This document shows, piece by piece, positions 29,393 through 44,455 of a stretch of 64,000 bases of DNA. The stretch lies in assembly GCF_009914755.1 (NCBI RefSeq), contig NC_060925.1; one strand, given 5' to 3'. Source of the DNA: the human T2T-CHM13v2.0 reference genome, Homo sapiens. A program made the position numbers and the translations under genes. The stretch's first letter is position 1, and each line of letters starts with the position of its first letter. The notes under the pieces are model-generated. The model searched no databases. It was not told where the DNA came from and was given only the letters and a program-made list of their open reading frames with translations.

Positions 29393-32300
29393 TCCATCTG
29401 TATGGCATTTGGATCTTCTCTCTAGCTACTTTTAAGATTTTAACCCATTAAGATAGCAGCAGACTTTTAAGCAGAAACCTTACAGGACAGAAGAGGTTGA
29501 GAGCTTATTTTCAGCATCCATACAGAAAACAAATTTCAGAAAAATTCATATTCTGCCAAATTAGGTTTCATAAGAGCAAGAGAAATAAAATCCTGCTCAG
29601 AAAACAAACACTGAGAAAATTTATTTCAACTAGACCAGCCTTGAAAGAGACCCTTAAGGGAGTGCTAAACATGGAATCAAAAGGACAACACCTGCTACCA
29701 CAAAAACACACTTAAGCACATAGCCCATAGTCACTATAAAGCAATCACATAATCAAGTAACATAGGACCCAGCTAAAAACACAGTGACAAGATCAAAATC
29801 ATACATATCGTTATTAACTCTTTAAATGAGATAAGCATCCCACCTAAAAGGTATAGAGTGGCAAACTGGATAAAAAGCAAGACCCACCCATCTGCTGTCT
29901 TCAAGAGACCCATATCACATGTAAAAACACCCACAAGCTCAAAGTAAAGAGGTGGAGAAAGATCAAGCATGCAAATGAAAAAGAACAAAAAAAGAACAGG
30001 AGTCACTATTTTTATATCAGATAAAGCAGATTTTAAACCAATACAAATTGAGATATACCAAGAAGAGAAGTACATAATGAAAAAAATACAACCCAACAAG
30101 AAGCCTTAACTATCCTAAATATATATGCACCAAAAAATGGAGCACCCAGGGTCATAAACAAATTCTTCTTGGCCTACTAAGAATTATATGCAAACATACA
30201 ATAATGATGGAAGACTTCAACACTCCACTGACAGAGTTCAACAGAACATCAAGGTGGAAAACAAACAAAGAAACTCTGGACTTACACTCAACACTTGAAC
30301 AACTGCAACTAAAAGACATCTACAGGATAAACCATCCAATAACCAAAGGATATACATTCTTCTTATCTGTACATAGAACATATTCTAAGACTGGCCACAT
30401 GCTTGGTCATAAAGCAAGTCTCAATAAATTTTAAAACATTGAATTCATACAAAGCACACTCTTGGACTATAGTAAAATAAAAAAAGAAATAAATATCAAA
30501 AAAACTCTCAAAACTGCATAAATGCACAAAAATTAAACAACTTGTTCCTGAATAACTCCTAGGTAAATATCAAAATTGAGGCAGAAATTAAATAACAATT
30601 CTTTGGAATTAATAAAAATTAGGGAATAATTATAACTTACCAAAATCTCTGGTGAAATCTGCAGCAAAAGCAGTGTTAAAAGGAATGTTTATAGAACCAA
30701 AAGCCTATATCCAGAAGTTAGAAAGAGATCAAACTAACAATCTAACTTTGTTCCTAAAGGAACTAGAAAAAAGTACAAATCTCAAAGTTAGCAGAAGAAA
30801 AGAAATATCAAAAATTAGAGAAGAACTGAATAGAATTAAGATGTAAAAGTCCATACAAAGATGAATAAAACCAAGAAAAAATAAACAAGATTGTTAGACA
30901 GCTAGCTAGATTAAAAGAGAGAAGAAAAGAGAAGATCCCAACAAATGTAATCAGAAATGAAAAGAATGATGTTACATCAGTCAGACAGAAATACAAAAGA
31001 TCCTCAGAGACTACTCTTAACAACTCTATGCATACAAATTAGAAAATTTAAGGAAATGGGTAAATTTCTGGAGAAAAACTATCTCCCAAGATTGAGCCCA
31101 AAAGAAGTTGAAACCCTGAATAGACCAATATGGAGCTCTGAAACTGACTCAGTAATAAAAATCCTAACAACCAAAAAAGCCCTGTACCAGATGGATTCAC
31201 AACTGAATTCTACCAGATATAGAAATAAGAACTGGAACCAATCCTACTCAAACTATTTCAAAAATATCAAGGAGCAGAAGCTCCTCCTACATCATTCTAT
31301 GAAGCCAGCATCTGCCTAATACCAATATTTGGCAGAAATGCAATTAAAAAAGCAAATTTCAGTCCAATATCCCTGATGAAGATAGATACAAAAATCCTCA
31401 ACAAAAAAACTAACAAACTGAATTGAGCAAAACATCAAAAAGTAAATACACCAACATCATGTGGGCTTTCTTCCTGCTATGCAAATCTGGTTCAACATAT
31501 GAAAATTAGTGAGGTTCACCACGTAAACAGAAATAAAAGCAAAAACCACATGATCATCTCAATATATCCATAAAAGTCTTCAATAATTTCATCATTCCTT
31601 TATATGACAAAAGACTAGTAATCAAATGAACATACCTCAAAATAATAAGAGCTATCTATTACAAACCAAAGCCAATGTCACACTGAATGGCTACTCATCA
31701 AAGAAACATGCCTCAACATACCTCAACAAGCTATTCATCAAAGAACATACCTCAAAATAATAAGAGCCAACTATGACAAACCCAAAGCCAACAGCCTGCT
31801 GAAACAACAAAAGCTGGAATCATTTCCCTTAAGAAGTGGAAAAAACAAGAATGCCCATTCTGACCATTCCTGTTCAACATAGTACTAGAATTCCTAGCCT
31901 GACCAATCAGGGAAGACAAATAAATAAAAGGCATTCAAATAGAAAAAGAAGAAGCCTAACTATCTGTCTGCACAGAAGATATCGTTCTACGCCTAGAGAA
32001 GCCTTATGACTCAACCAAAAGAGTGCTAGAAGTGATAAACAATTTTAATGAAGTTTCCAGATACAAAATCAATATACAAAACAGTAGTATTTTTATACAC
32101 CTATAATGCCCAGGCTGCAATTCAAATAAAGAACACAATTCCATTTACAATACTCAAAAAGAAAAGGAAAAACCTAGGAATAATTTTAACCAAGGAGGTA
32201 AAAGATCTTTACAATGAGAACTACAAAACACTGCTGAAAGAAATGCAAATAAAAAATTTTAATATTCACAAATAGGAACAACCAATATTGTTAAAAGACC

Positions 32301-32746
32301 ATACTATCCAAAGCAATTTACAGATTCAATGCTGTTCTTATCAAACTACAACATTATTCTTCACAGAATTAGAAAAAAAAAAACTATTTTAAAATTCATA
32401 TGGAAGCACAAAAGAATCTGTATAGAAAAAGTAACTCTAAGCAAAAGAACAAAGCCACAGACACTACCTGACTTCCAACTATACTACAATGCTTTAGTAA
32501 ACAAAACAGCATGATACTGGTACAAAAGCAGACACAGACCATTGGAAAATTATAGAATACTCAGAAATAAAGCCGCACATCTACAGCCATCTGATTTTGA
32601 CAAGGCCAAAACCTAGGAAATACCCTTCTTAGCATCAGCTTTGCCAAATAATTTTTAACTAAGTCTTCATAATCCTATGTGCGCTAATGCAGGAACATAA
32701 AACAAAATACTGCTTTTTCTCCCTTATATGTAGGAGTTAAACATTG
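29393..32746 (+). mobile_element. L1 (L1PA15/16-like): ORF1 C-terminus, ORF2 EN and RT, with short 5' inversion and internal deletions
   Basis: ORFs 29497, 30204 (EDFNTPLT...HRTYSKTGHMLGHKASLNKF), 30652, 30957, 32048 and 32329 are frameshifted L1 ORF1p/ORF2p pieces. Confidence 0.93.
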
Positions 32747-32795
32747 ACAAATCAAGACTCCCTCTCTCAAAAAAAAAAAAAAAAAAAAAAAAAAA
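32746..32795 (+). mobile_element. Alu 3' terminal fragment with long poly(A)
   Basis: gacaaatcaagactccctctctc followed by ~27 A (consensus gacagagcaagactccgtctc-polyA). Confidence 0.7.
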
Positions 32796-34100
<1,305 letters not shown>

Positions 34101-36119
34101 ATAATACACACTCAAATGATATCAACTAATGCCATAAAAATTAATAAATCTAGTTTTGATGTCTCTATTTCTGTATTAACATTCTGTTAGTTATATCTTC
34201 TTGAATGTCCCCCTAGCGACATGCATTTCAGTTCATTTGCACACTTGTCATTCTCATTAACTCTTTTTGTTACTTTTTAGATTAAAATATCAGAGATTAA
34301 AATGATCTGCTTGTATGCCCACCTCCCATAATACATCACTGTCTCCTCAAAATCACATTATCATATTTTTCACCTAATGGCTGTAGTTCAAAGTGTTACT
34401 GTCAAAAAAATTAAATCAAGACAGTTTTTCCACATAGATTAAGAAGAAAGTCTATGTGAAAGTATAACTACTACATACCTAAAGTACAGCATGATGGTTC
34501 TTTTACAAAAGACTGTAAGTTAAAGGCAGGGAAATAATAATTTTATTCTGAAAGCTATGAATGCAATGTAAAGATACTGATTTGAGTAAAATACATCAGG
34601 TAACAAGCAGAATAAATACTAGGAAGATGTCATATTAGCAGCATTTAAGCTATTAATCTAATAAAACCTAATTATTGAATTCAGAATAGAAAGAAAAATA
34701 GATATTATATAATAACAACACAGTTTTCATAAATAAGTATAATAATAAATGTGTAATAGTAATAATAATATCTAACACTCACTAATTACCAGGTGATCTT
34801 TGAAGATTGTATACACACAGGTACACACACACGTATTTGTATATATTATATGTGTTTAATGTATATGTACATTAATGCTATTCAAAGGATAGATAGTATC
34901 ATTCATTATGGATAAAATTAAAAAACCAAAGTAAAGGTAAATGATTTCCTCAATGCTACAACGACAAGAAGGTTAAGCCAGTATTTAAATACAACCAGTC
35001 TACTTCTAGGGCCTGATTCTTTGCTAATATACTCAAACCCATCACAAATCAGCCTACATAATAAACGATTAGATTAGCTATAACATTAGCAGCAAGCATG
35101 CACTAGAATATTACAAAATAATTTGGACTACATTATTTATTGGAAAATATAAGTACTTACTTTCCTGAAAATAATTTTCTGTCACAATGATCAATCTCCA
35201 CAAAGGAATTTGGCAACTTTATTAAAAAAATATAATGATGCTGTCAAATACACAAATGAGATGCTAACTATGAAGAATAAGTTGTGCTATGAACAAAAAT
35301 CAGCCAAAATCTGCCCATATATACACTGGGCGGGACATATAAGCAAATCAATTTTATTTCTTATACATTGTAAATTTTACAACTCATTCCTGATACATAT
35401 TTTCTCTAATTTGATTTGGAACCAGAGGGTAATCTCTGCATTTGGGGTTCCCATCTGTTCCCATAATCTGTTCCCATAATCATTTTACCATATCTAGGAA
35501 TCTTGCATAAAATCACCATTTGGAGAAATATACTCTTAAAATATAAACTATGCCTTTAAAAATCATTTGTAATAAAATATTTTATAAATACTGGTGTGGT
35601 TTCTGCTATTCACATTTAAACAGTTCAAAAAATCTTAATACAACACATTTTTATTCAAAATTAATGATCTGTGTTGAAATTTCTTCTTTGAGCCTAATTT
35701 ACAAGGTTGTCATCATATAAGTACAATTTATGTATTGACTTCTTAGGTTGTATGTTATTAAAAAATAATTTGGAGGAGATTCTATTTCATTTTAAAAATA
35801 ATTGTATCAATACACTATAAATCTATAATATAAACATTATAGATTATATTTACATGAAGACAAAAGCTTTGTCAGGATGTGGTTTAATAAAATTAATAAT
35901 ATATTATTATAATTATTCAAGTACATAATTATAATTATTGATTTTTCATTAATAAAAATCAATATATAATTATAAATTATAAAAATATAAATATTCATCA
36001 TTGTATGTACCCAAAATACTGAAAATAAAAACTATAACAGAAGAATGAATAGGCAATTGACTGATAAAGATTTTATCTGAGATTTCAAAAAATATTTTGT
36101 GAAATATAAAATGCACATT

Positions 36120-36310
36120 TGAAAAGATCATAGGCTTTAGAGTCAGAGATCTTGGTTGGAATCTCATCGTGGGTATTTATTATCAGATTGAGACCATATT
36201 ATTTAACCTCTCTAACCCTACGTTTTCTTTCCTAAAAAATGATAATAAGTTTTATATTGCAGGTTTGAGGATTGAATTAAATAATGTGTAATGTGCATGG
36301 TTATCAAATA
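36120..36310 (+). mobile_element. MIR
   Basis: aggctttagagtcagagatcttggttggaatc...ttatttaacctctct...tgaggattgaattaaataatg. Confidence 0.75.
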
Positions 36311-37928
36311 CTAGCTTTTTTAAATGGACACTGATTTTTCCATTCCTAATTTCTGTACTATAAAATATGAAAAAAGTTACTTTTTATGAAAGAATTGTTA
36401 GAAATGTATGAAATATGTAATCAACCATAGATAAAGTACACTTAAATTCCAAGGTTCTTTACAAAGCCATGCCTGACAAGAACCCATATTATCTGTAATC
36501 ACATATCTTATGTGCAACTATTGTATATTATGCTTCAGTCACACTTAACTCTCACTTTACCTAATGTGTAATCGTCTTCTATTTGTTCTTGAGTCTGGTA
36601 AGATTTTGCTCCTCTTACATGAGCCTCTTTTTCCCTGTAATTGACCTGCCTTTATTTTTAGCTCACATATATCTTCTTCCAGAAAGCCAATCTTGATATT
36701 CAGATTAAGGGTCTCTACATAGTATTCTCATAGTATCCAGCATTTTCGTTACAATATTATGCTTTTAAAAAATTACTGGTTCAAGTATCTGTACCACTAC
36801 TCACTAAAATAAAATTAAAATGGAAGCAAAGACTGAATTTATAGTTCAGAACTTAGTACAGTACGTCCTCATAAAAACTTCAAGAATGTATGGACTAAAG
36901 ATTGTCAAGATTGCTTTGCTGTTTCTGTTTTTGTAAATAGAAAAATTTATGAAAAATATATACTTACAATACTTTAAAGAATGATTTGAATCTTAAAAAA
37001 AGGTAACTTCTGGAAGTCATTCAAGGTGGAGAAAATGGCATCACAAAAGGCAAATACGTGGAATTATTTGAAAAACAGTTTTCTCTAAGTCCTTTAAATG
37101 ACTCACATAATTGAATGAGTCTCCTTAAGCCAGATTCAAGGCTGTGTCTATCATGCAGATATAATTTTGTAATCTTATTTTTGAAAGATATGAAAGGCCA
37201 TTTTATGTAATAACCTGTTTTTACTTAGGGTTCAAAATAAAAATGACTCCTCTGGCTACATACACTATTGGTTAAAGATGATTAACCATAAATCCTGAAT
37301 TCATTTCGTTCATGTCCATGGATATTATTAAGTACTGGTTTTAAAAATTAGTATATTATATGCATTCGATAAATTATGTTGCATAAAAATTCACCAACAG
37401 CATTTATATCAATACTGTTTCTTCTAGAGTATAGTGGTTTGCTGGTATACTCTATTACTTTTTTATGATTTCTCACTTGATCTTTATGTATTAGGGAATG
37501 TCATATTTTTCCTCTTAGATGAAAAGATGTAAAGTTGTAAAAATTTTGAAGCTATTGGTTTAGTGACAGTGATTATTGCTACAGATAGTGGAATAAGCCT
37601 CAAAGATCAAAAGTCAATGCATGTCATTAATTTATTGTAATCTAGAGCTATGCCTGGAAGTATTTATTTTGTCATCATATTATTTGTCTCTCTAGATATA
37701 ATTGATTCTACTATTTATTCAATTTTTAGTCATAATATTTATGATGTGTGTACAAATGGGAATTGACTATATTATGCATCTTAGAGTATTTCTTTAATGT
37801 TTTAGCCCATCTTTGAAAGCCCAGCCTTATTTTTTATTCCTGGCATATAGTAATAACAAATGCCAATTATTATGCTAAGCAGTGGTAGTAGAGAGTTGTA
37901 TGAGACATATGACTAGACAGGATAATTT

Positions 37929-38599
37929 CACAGTCCTTAAACTTTTTGGCACCAGGGATCCGTTTCATGGCAGACAATTTTTTCACAGGCCAGCAAGGAG
38001 GTGGTGGTTTAGGGATGAATTGTTCCACCTCAGATCATCAGACATTAGATTCTCCTAAAGAGCACACAATCTAGATCCTTCACATGTGCAGTTCACAATA
38101 GGGTTCACATTCCTTCGAGAATATTTTTTATTTTATTTTTATTTATTTTATTATTACTTTCTTTGGGGCAGGGTCTCACTCTGTCATATAGGCTGAGTGC
38201 AGTGGTAAAATCTCAGCTCACTGCAACCTCTGCCCCCTGAGCTCAAGCAATCGTCTCATCTCAGCCTACCAAGTGGCTGGGACCATAAGCGCGCAGCCAC
38301 CACATCCCACTAATTTTTGTATTTTTGGTACAGACAGAGTTTTGCCACATTGCCCAGGCTGGACCTTCACTCCTGGACTCAATGGATCCACCCACCTGGG
38401 CCTCCCAATGTTCTGGGATTACAGGTGTGAGCCACCGTGCCAGGCCTTCTGATGAGAATCTAATACCTTCGCTGATCTGACAGGAGGTGAAGCTCAAATG
38501 GTAAAGCTAGCTGGCCCTCTGCTGACCTGCTGTGCAGCCCTGTTCCTAAGAGATCAGGGACTTGTACCACTCTTTGGCCCGGAGAGTTGAGAATCCCTG
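37929..38599 (-). mobile_element. MER1B hAT-Charlie element split by an Alu
   Basis: ctttttggcaccaggga..gtttcatgg..gacaattttt...cattagattctc...gctgatctgacaggagg...gttgagaatccctg. Confidence 0.88.
38124..38446 (-). mobile_element. AluJ (Jb-like)
   Basis: T-rich tail, cagggtctcactctgtc...gctcaagcaatc...gagccaccgtgccaggcc; flanks ttcgagaat / gatgagaat. Confidence 0.92.
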
Positions 38600-38841
38600 C
38601 TTTGTATGATACAGATTAACAATCACAATCCAGTGCTTTACGTGCCCTTATAGAGGTGGCTACTTCATGTTTTGTCTGTTACAGCCTTTAAAAAAAAATT
38701 CTGAGTGGTGATGATATCAGTCTGTTCACATTCTGTAATTCATTCCTTTGTACACCATTCTATGCACTGGTTAGACTTCAGTTGAAGAATTTTAGAAACT
38801 GTACCAATTGTTTAAACTAAGCCCAGCAAACCTCAGCAACA

Positions 38842-38927
38842 CATAATTAACCCATGTAACAAACCTGTACATGTACCTCCTGAACCTAAAAGTTGAGAAA
38901 AATGAATAAATAAATAAATAAATAAAA
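38842..38927 (+). mobile_element. Short L1 3' end with (TAAA)n tail
   Basis: cccatgtaacaaacctgtacatgtacctcctgaacctaaaag. Confidence 0.85.
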
Positions 38928-39192
38928 GCAAACATATATTTGAAAGTGAAAAAATAAAACAAAAAGCCCACATGTAATAAAAATATTACTTAGTAGTTAG
39001 ATCAATGTTATTACCAAAATATTAAACGGTATATCAATTATGTTTTCAGAGATAACTAAAGAAAAACAGCAGATGTAATGACCCAACTTCCTCAGATTGA
39101 TTTTAAGTGAGCAGATGAATAATGTAGTTATTTATGCATAACTGACCTTCATATACAATTCCTTCTAAAATTTAAATCTCATTAACCCAGGT

Positions 39193-39774
39193 ATATTAAT
39201 TTTCTACTGCAATTTAACAAATTACTACACATTTAGTAGCTTAAAACATTATTTACTCATTATCTCAGATGGGTAGGTCCAAATTCCAACATGGCATGGA
39301 TAAATTATTTGCTCAGAGTCTCACATGGTCGAAGGCAAAATGTTGGACAGCGCTTTTATTTTGAGTCTCAAAACAAGAATCCACTTCTAAATTAGTTTAT
39401 GTTCTTGGTTAAATTTAGTTTCTGTATTCATTAGACCAGCATCTTTTTCGCTATGTGGTGTTGGCTACGGGCTGCTCCCTGCTCCTAGAAGATGTTTGCC
39501 TTTCTTCCCATGTTGCCCTCTCCATCCAAGATAAGCAAAGTACATCAAATTCACTTGTTCTACCAATCTCTCTGTCTCTCTCTTGTGCCTTGAAGAACCC
39601 CTGTGATTACATCGTATCCACCTGCGTAATCCAAGATAATTTCCCTATCTTAAAGCCAGATGATTAGTAACCTTAATTATATCTGCTGAAAGTCCCTTTG
39701 TGATTTAAGTTAATATATCCATGGGCACATCAATAAGGTGAAAAGGTCATGGGGAAAAACGTCTACCTATCACA
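39193..39774 (-). mobile_element. MLT1 (D/E-like) MaLR solo LTR
   Basis: taacaaattactacacatttagtagcttaaaaca...taatccaagataatttccctatcttaa...ctacctatcaca. Confidence 0.8.
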
Positions 39775-40489
39775 GAAGCATATTGTCATTTGGATGGAAA
39801 ATTGTAAGTTGAAACTGAACATTTTTATATGTTAAAAAATATACTATTCTCAAGCCACTTTTTAGTCTCCACAAGATATAGAAGATAAAGTCTTATTGCA
39901 GGTAGAATAAATATTATTTCAATATAATGATTTTTTTTACAAGTGTACAACAATGAGGGATGTATGCAGTCTTACCAGTTTTTGAAAAAGTAGTGAATGG
40001 TATTTTTACAGCTGACATTTATATTTTCATAAATCTGTAAAACAGAGTCCTTAAAATTTTGTTTAGATAAATTTTACTACTAATGCAAAAATAAAAATAT
40101 TTGCCTCAATATTTTAGATGCTTTTTATATATGAAAATACAAAATCTACCCCGTAACACATACTATGTATAAGGGCAGAATGTTATTCAAATAATATATC
40201 TAAACAGTGTTGCTGTTGTGGATGTCTATTACGTATTACAACGGTTAAGCAAATAAGGTTGTGTTTAAATACTTCGTAATAACCTTTCATACATAGTATT
40301 TCAGTTTAACTGCTCTATTCTAAATCACTGCTCTACTGATTATACCAATTTTCTTCTTTGCAATAACAAATAAACATGATTAAATGGCATCTTTAAGAAC
40401 CCATTAATTAAGCTCCTATTTTGTTCTCATTGTATTCTCTATCAGCATTATAACTTTCTTTTCAAATTTATGGAAACAATTTTTAAAGT

Positions 40490-43270
40490 ATTAATATACT
40501 TATGAATATTTTATCACGATATAATTTGCATATCATAAAACTCCCTTTTTAACTTTACGATTAATTTTTGTATTTTGTGATCATCACCATAATTTTATTT
40601 TGGAAGATTTTATTTTCCTCCAAAAAAAAAATAAATAACATTATTCAGGAGTCATTCTTCCTTATCCTTCTCAACTTCCCCTCAAACACCAAAAAACTGT
40701 TATAACTTTGTAAATTTACCTACATTGGGCATTTCATATAAATTGAATTATTCAATTTGTGGTCTTTAGTAACTGGTTTCTTACAGTTGTTCAAACATTT
40801 TGTAAAATATTTGAGTCCATCCATGCTGTAGTATCCATCAGTAGTCCATTCCTTTGTGATGAAAAAAAAAAAAAACTCCCTTGTATGAATGTATCACATT
40901 TTGTTTATCCATTCAGCAGGCGATGGACATTTGGTTTGGTTGACATTGTGCTGTTATGAATAATCACATAAGTGTCTATCTATAAATCATGTGGACATGT
41001 TTTTGTTTCTTTTAGAAATATATCCAGGAGTGAAATTGCTGTGTTATATGGCAACTCTAGGTTTAAGATTTTGAGGAACCACCTAACTGTCATCCAAAGT
41101 GGCTGTACCATTATATGGCCTCACTAGTAATACCTGAGGGTTCTTATTTCCTCACATCCTCACTACACTTATTCCTTTTTAAAATTTATTATAACCACCC
41201 TAAAGATGTGATGTGGCATCTCATTGTGGTTTTGATTTGCTTTTCAATGATATTGAGCATATTTTCATATGCTTATTAGCCACATATATTTTCTTTCAAG
41301 AAGTATCTATTTGGATACTTTGCTAAATGTTTAATTGGGTTATTTCTCTATTTATTATTCAATTTTAGGAATTATGTATATATTCTGGACACTAGTCCTA
41401 TATCAGACATATTATTTGCAAGTATTTTTTCCTTTTCACTGAGTTTTTTTTTTTTCTTGATGGTATGCTTTGCAGCACAAAACATTTTAATTTTGAGGTC
41501 TAATACATGTAAGATTTTTTATTTTATCATTTGTGCTTTTGCTGTCATATGTAACAAAATATTGCCAAATTCAAGGTTAGGGTAATATATTCTATGTTTT
41601 CTTCTAATAATGTTATAGTTTTAACTATAACATGTAGGTCTATATTTCATCTTGAGTTAATATTTGTGTGTAATTTGAGGTAGCTATCTGTACTAATTGC
41701 TTTGTATGTGGATATACACTTTTTCCAGAAACATTTTTGACAGGATAATTTTTTCCCTATTGAATTTTATTGGCACGTTTGCCAAAAACCAAGTGATCAT
41801 AAATGTGGGGTCGGTTTTGGAACTTTTAGTTCTTTTTCATTAATCTCATGTCTATTCGTATATTATAGCACACCTACTTTATTGTTTTAGCTTTCAGGTC
41901 AGGTTTTAAATTAGAAAATGTGAGTCCTCCAGCTTTGTTTCTTTCAAGATTGTGTTGGATATCCTGGGTTCCTTGAGATTTCATATGTATTTTTAAAAAA
42001 GACTGTCAATTTCTCCAATAATTCCAGTTGCGACTTTCATACTGATTATTTTGAATCTGTAGACAAATTTGACAAGTTCTGCCTTCTTAACAACAATAAG
42101 TCTTCTGATCCATGAACATTAAAAGTTTTCCGTTTCTTTAAATATTCTTTAACTTTTAACAAAATTTTGTACTTATCAGTTAATAAAATTTAAGCTTCTT
42201 TTGATAAATTTATTTCTAGAAGTTTTATTTTTGCTGTAAGTGTGAATGAAATTGTTTTCTTCACTTCATTTTTGGATTGTTCATTTGTAGTGCATTAAAA
42301 TACAATATATTTTTGTATATTGATCTTGCATCCTGAAACTGCTTAAATATAATACTTACTGGTTCTTAGAGATTTTTAGTAAAAATACTTAGGATTTTCT
42401 ATAGACCAGATCATATGACTTGTGAATACAGATATCTTCACTTCTTCCTTTTCAAACCGAATAGTACTTCTTTCTCTTTTCAAATTGCTCTGGCTTAAAC
42501 CACCAATACAATGTTTTTAAGTAATAAAGTGGACATTCTTTCCTTTTTACTGATAGTAACAGGGAAATCATTCAGTTTTTTTCCCATTAATTATCATGTT
42601 ACCTATACTTTTTTTAAACATGCACTTGATTAGTTTTTAGCAGATTTTCCTTATATTTCTACATTTTGTAATGTTTGTGCAATGAAAGTATGTTAGATTT
42701 TACTCAAATGCTTTTATTTCATAGATTAATATCATGTGGGGTTTGCCTTTATTCCATTAAAATGGTGCATTACTTTTATTGGTTTTCAGATTACAATCTA
42801 ATCTTTCATTTCTGGGATAAATCCCGCTTGGTCACAGTAGTTTTACTTTCTTATAAGGTACTGGATTCTGTTTGCTAGTATTTTGTTGAGGCATTTTTAT
42901 ATCTATATTGAAAGATATATTGGGCTATAGTGTCCTTTTCTTACTATGTCTTTTTCTGGTTTATGATTGGGTTAATACTGACCCCAATAATCCGATTTGA
43001 GAAGTGTTCCCTCACTTCTGCAATTATAAGACTTGTAAAAGAGATATTTATTCATTTTTAAATGTTTGGCAGAGTTCACCAATAAAGGTATATTTTTCTA
43101 AATTTTGATTTGAGGTAATAAGATAATTACTAACTCAATATCTTTGCTTATAATAGGTATAATCAATTTTTATTTATTTCTATTCAGTTTTATTGATTTT
43201 TGTCTTTTTAGGAATTTGCCCATCTTATCTAAATAATCTATGTTTGGCAAAGTTGTTCATAGTATTGTTT
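40490..43270 (-). mobile_element. Old L1 (L1MB-like) 3' UTR and ORF2
   Basis: T-rich strand; ccaaagtggctgtaccatt, catctcattgtggttttgatttgc, ctgggataaatcccgcttggtca are reverse L1 ORF2 motifs. Confidence 0.88.
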
Positions 43271-43426
43271 CATGGAGTGTATTTCAATCCATTGAGAAAA
43301 GAAAGAAGAAGAAGTACATAACTATATTTTCTTATACTTACCTATAATTATCTTTACTGGCATTCTCTGCTTGTGTGTATTCTAATTACTTTATACTGTT
43401 GTTTGCTTCTAGCCTAAAGAACTTTC

Positions 43427-43699
43427 TTTTTTATTATTATTATTATTATACTTTAAGTTTTAGGGTACATGTGCACATTGTGCAGGTTAGTTACATATGT
43501 ATACATGTGCCATGCTGGTGCGCTGCACCCACTAACGTGTCATCTAGCATTAGGTATATCTCCCAATGCTATCCCTCCCCCATCCCCCGACCCCACCACA
43601 GTCCCCAGAGTGTGATATTCCCCTTCCTGTGTCCGTGTGATCTCATTGTTCAGTTCCCACCTATGAGTGAGAATATGCGGTGTTTGGTTTTTTATTCTT
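43427..43699 (-). mobile_element. L1HS pre-Ta-like 3' end (ACG, with A at the 6015-equivalent site)
   Basis: cccactaacgtgtcatctagc = reverse of gctagatgacACGttagtggg; gtgcacattgtgcaggttagttac; tatactttaagttttaggg; near identity to L1HS consensus. Confidence 0.88.
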
Positions 43700-43888
43700 C
43701 ACCACTTCTTCTAACATTGCATTCTTGAGTGTTTCTTTATGTGGTAATGTCCTTATTTCAGTTTAATTTTTGAAAGATAATTTTTCCGGACATAAGATTC
43801 AACATTGAGCATTTTTTATCCTTTTTTTTCTTGCAGCTCTTTGACTAGGTCATTCCTCTACTTTCTAGCTTCCATCGTTTTTGATAAG

Positions 43889-44218
43889 AAGTGAACTAAA
43901 CCAGGGACAAAGAAAACAAATGCTGCATGTTCTCACTTATGAGAGGGAGCTAAACATTGAGTACATACGGACACAAAGAAGGAAGAAACAGACACAAGAG
44001 CCTACTTAAGGTTGGAGGCAGGAAAGAGGATAGGGATTTAAAAATTACTTATTGGGTACTATACTTATTACCTGAGTGGTAAAATAATCTGTACACCAAA
44101 CCCCTGTGACATGCAACTTACCTATATAACAAACATGCACACATACCCCTGAACCTAAAATAAAAGTTAAAAATAAAATAAAATAAAATAAAATAAAATA
44201 AAATAAAATAAAATAAAA
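43889..44218 (+). mobile_element. L1PA15/16-like 3' UTR with (TAAAA)n tail
   Basis: ggagctaaacattgagtacatacggacacaaagaagg...ccaaacccctgtgacatgcaa...gaacctaaaataaaagtt. Confidence 0.9.
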
Positions 44219-44227
44219 TGTGAAGTA

Positions 44228-44455
44228 GGCTGAGCATGGTGGCTCACTCTTGAAATTCCAACACATTGGAAAGCCAGAGCAGGAGAATCGTTTGAGGCCA
44301 GAAGTTTGAGGCCAGGCTGAGCAACATAGCAAGACTTCAACTCTACAAAAAATTAAAAAATCAGGCGAGTGTGGTGGTGTGGGTCTGTAGACCTAGCTAC
44401 AGAGAGGCTAAAGCAGGAAGATCCCTTGATCCCAGGAGTTTGAGATTACAGTGAG
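44228..44455 (+). mobile_element. AluJ lacking its 3' end and tail
   Basis: ggctgagcatggtggctcac...gcaacatagcaagac...cccaggagtttgagattacagtgag. Confidence 0.88.
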
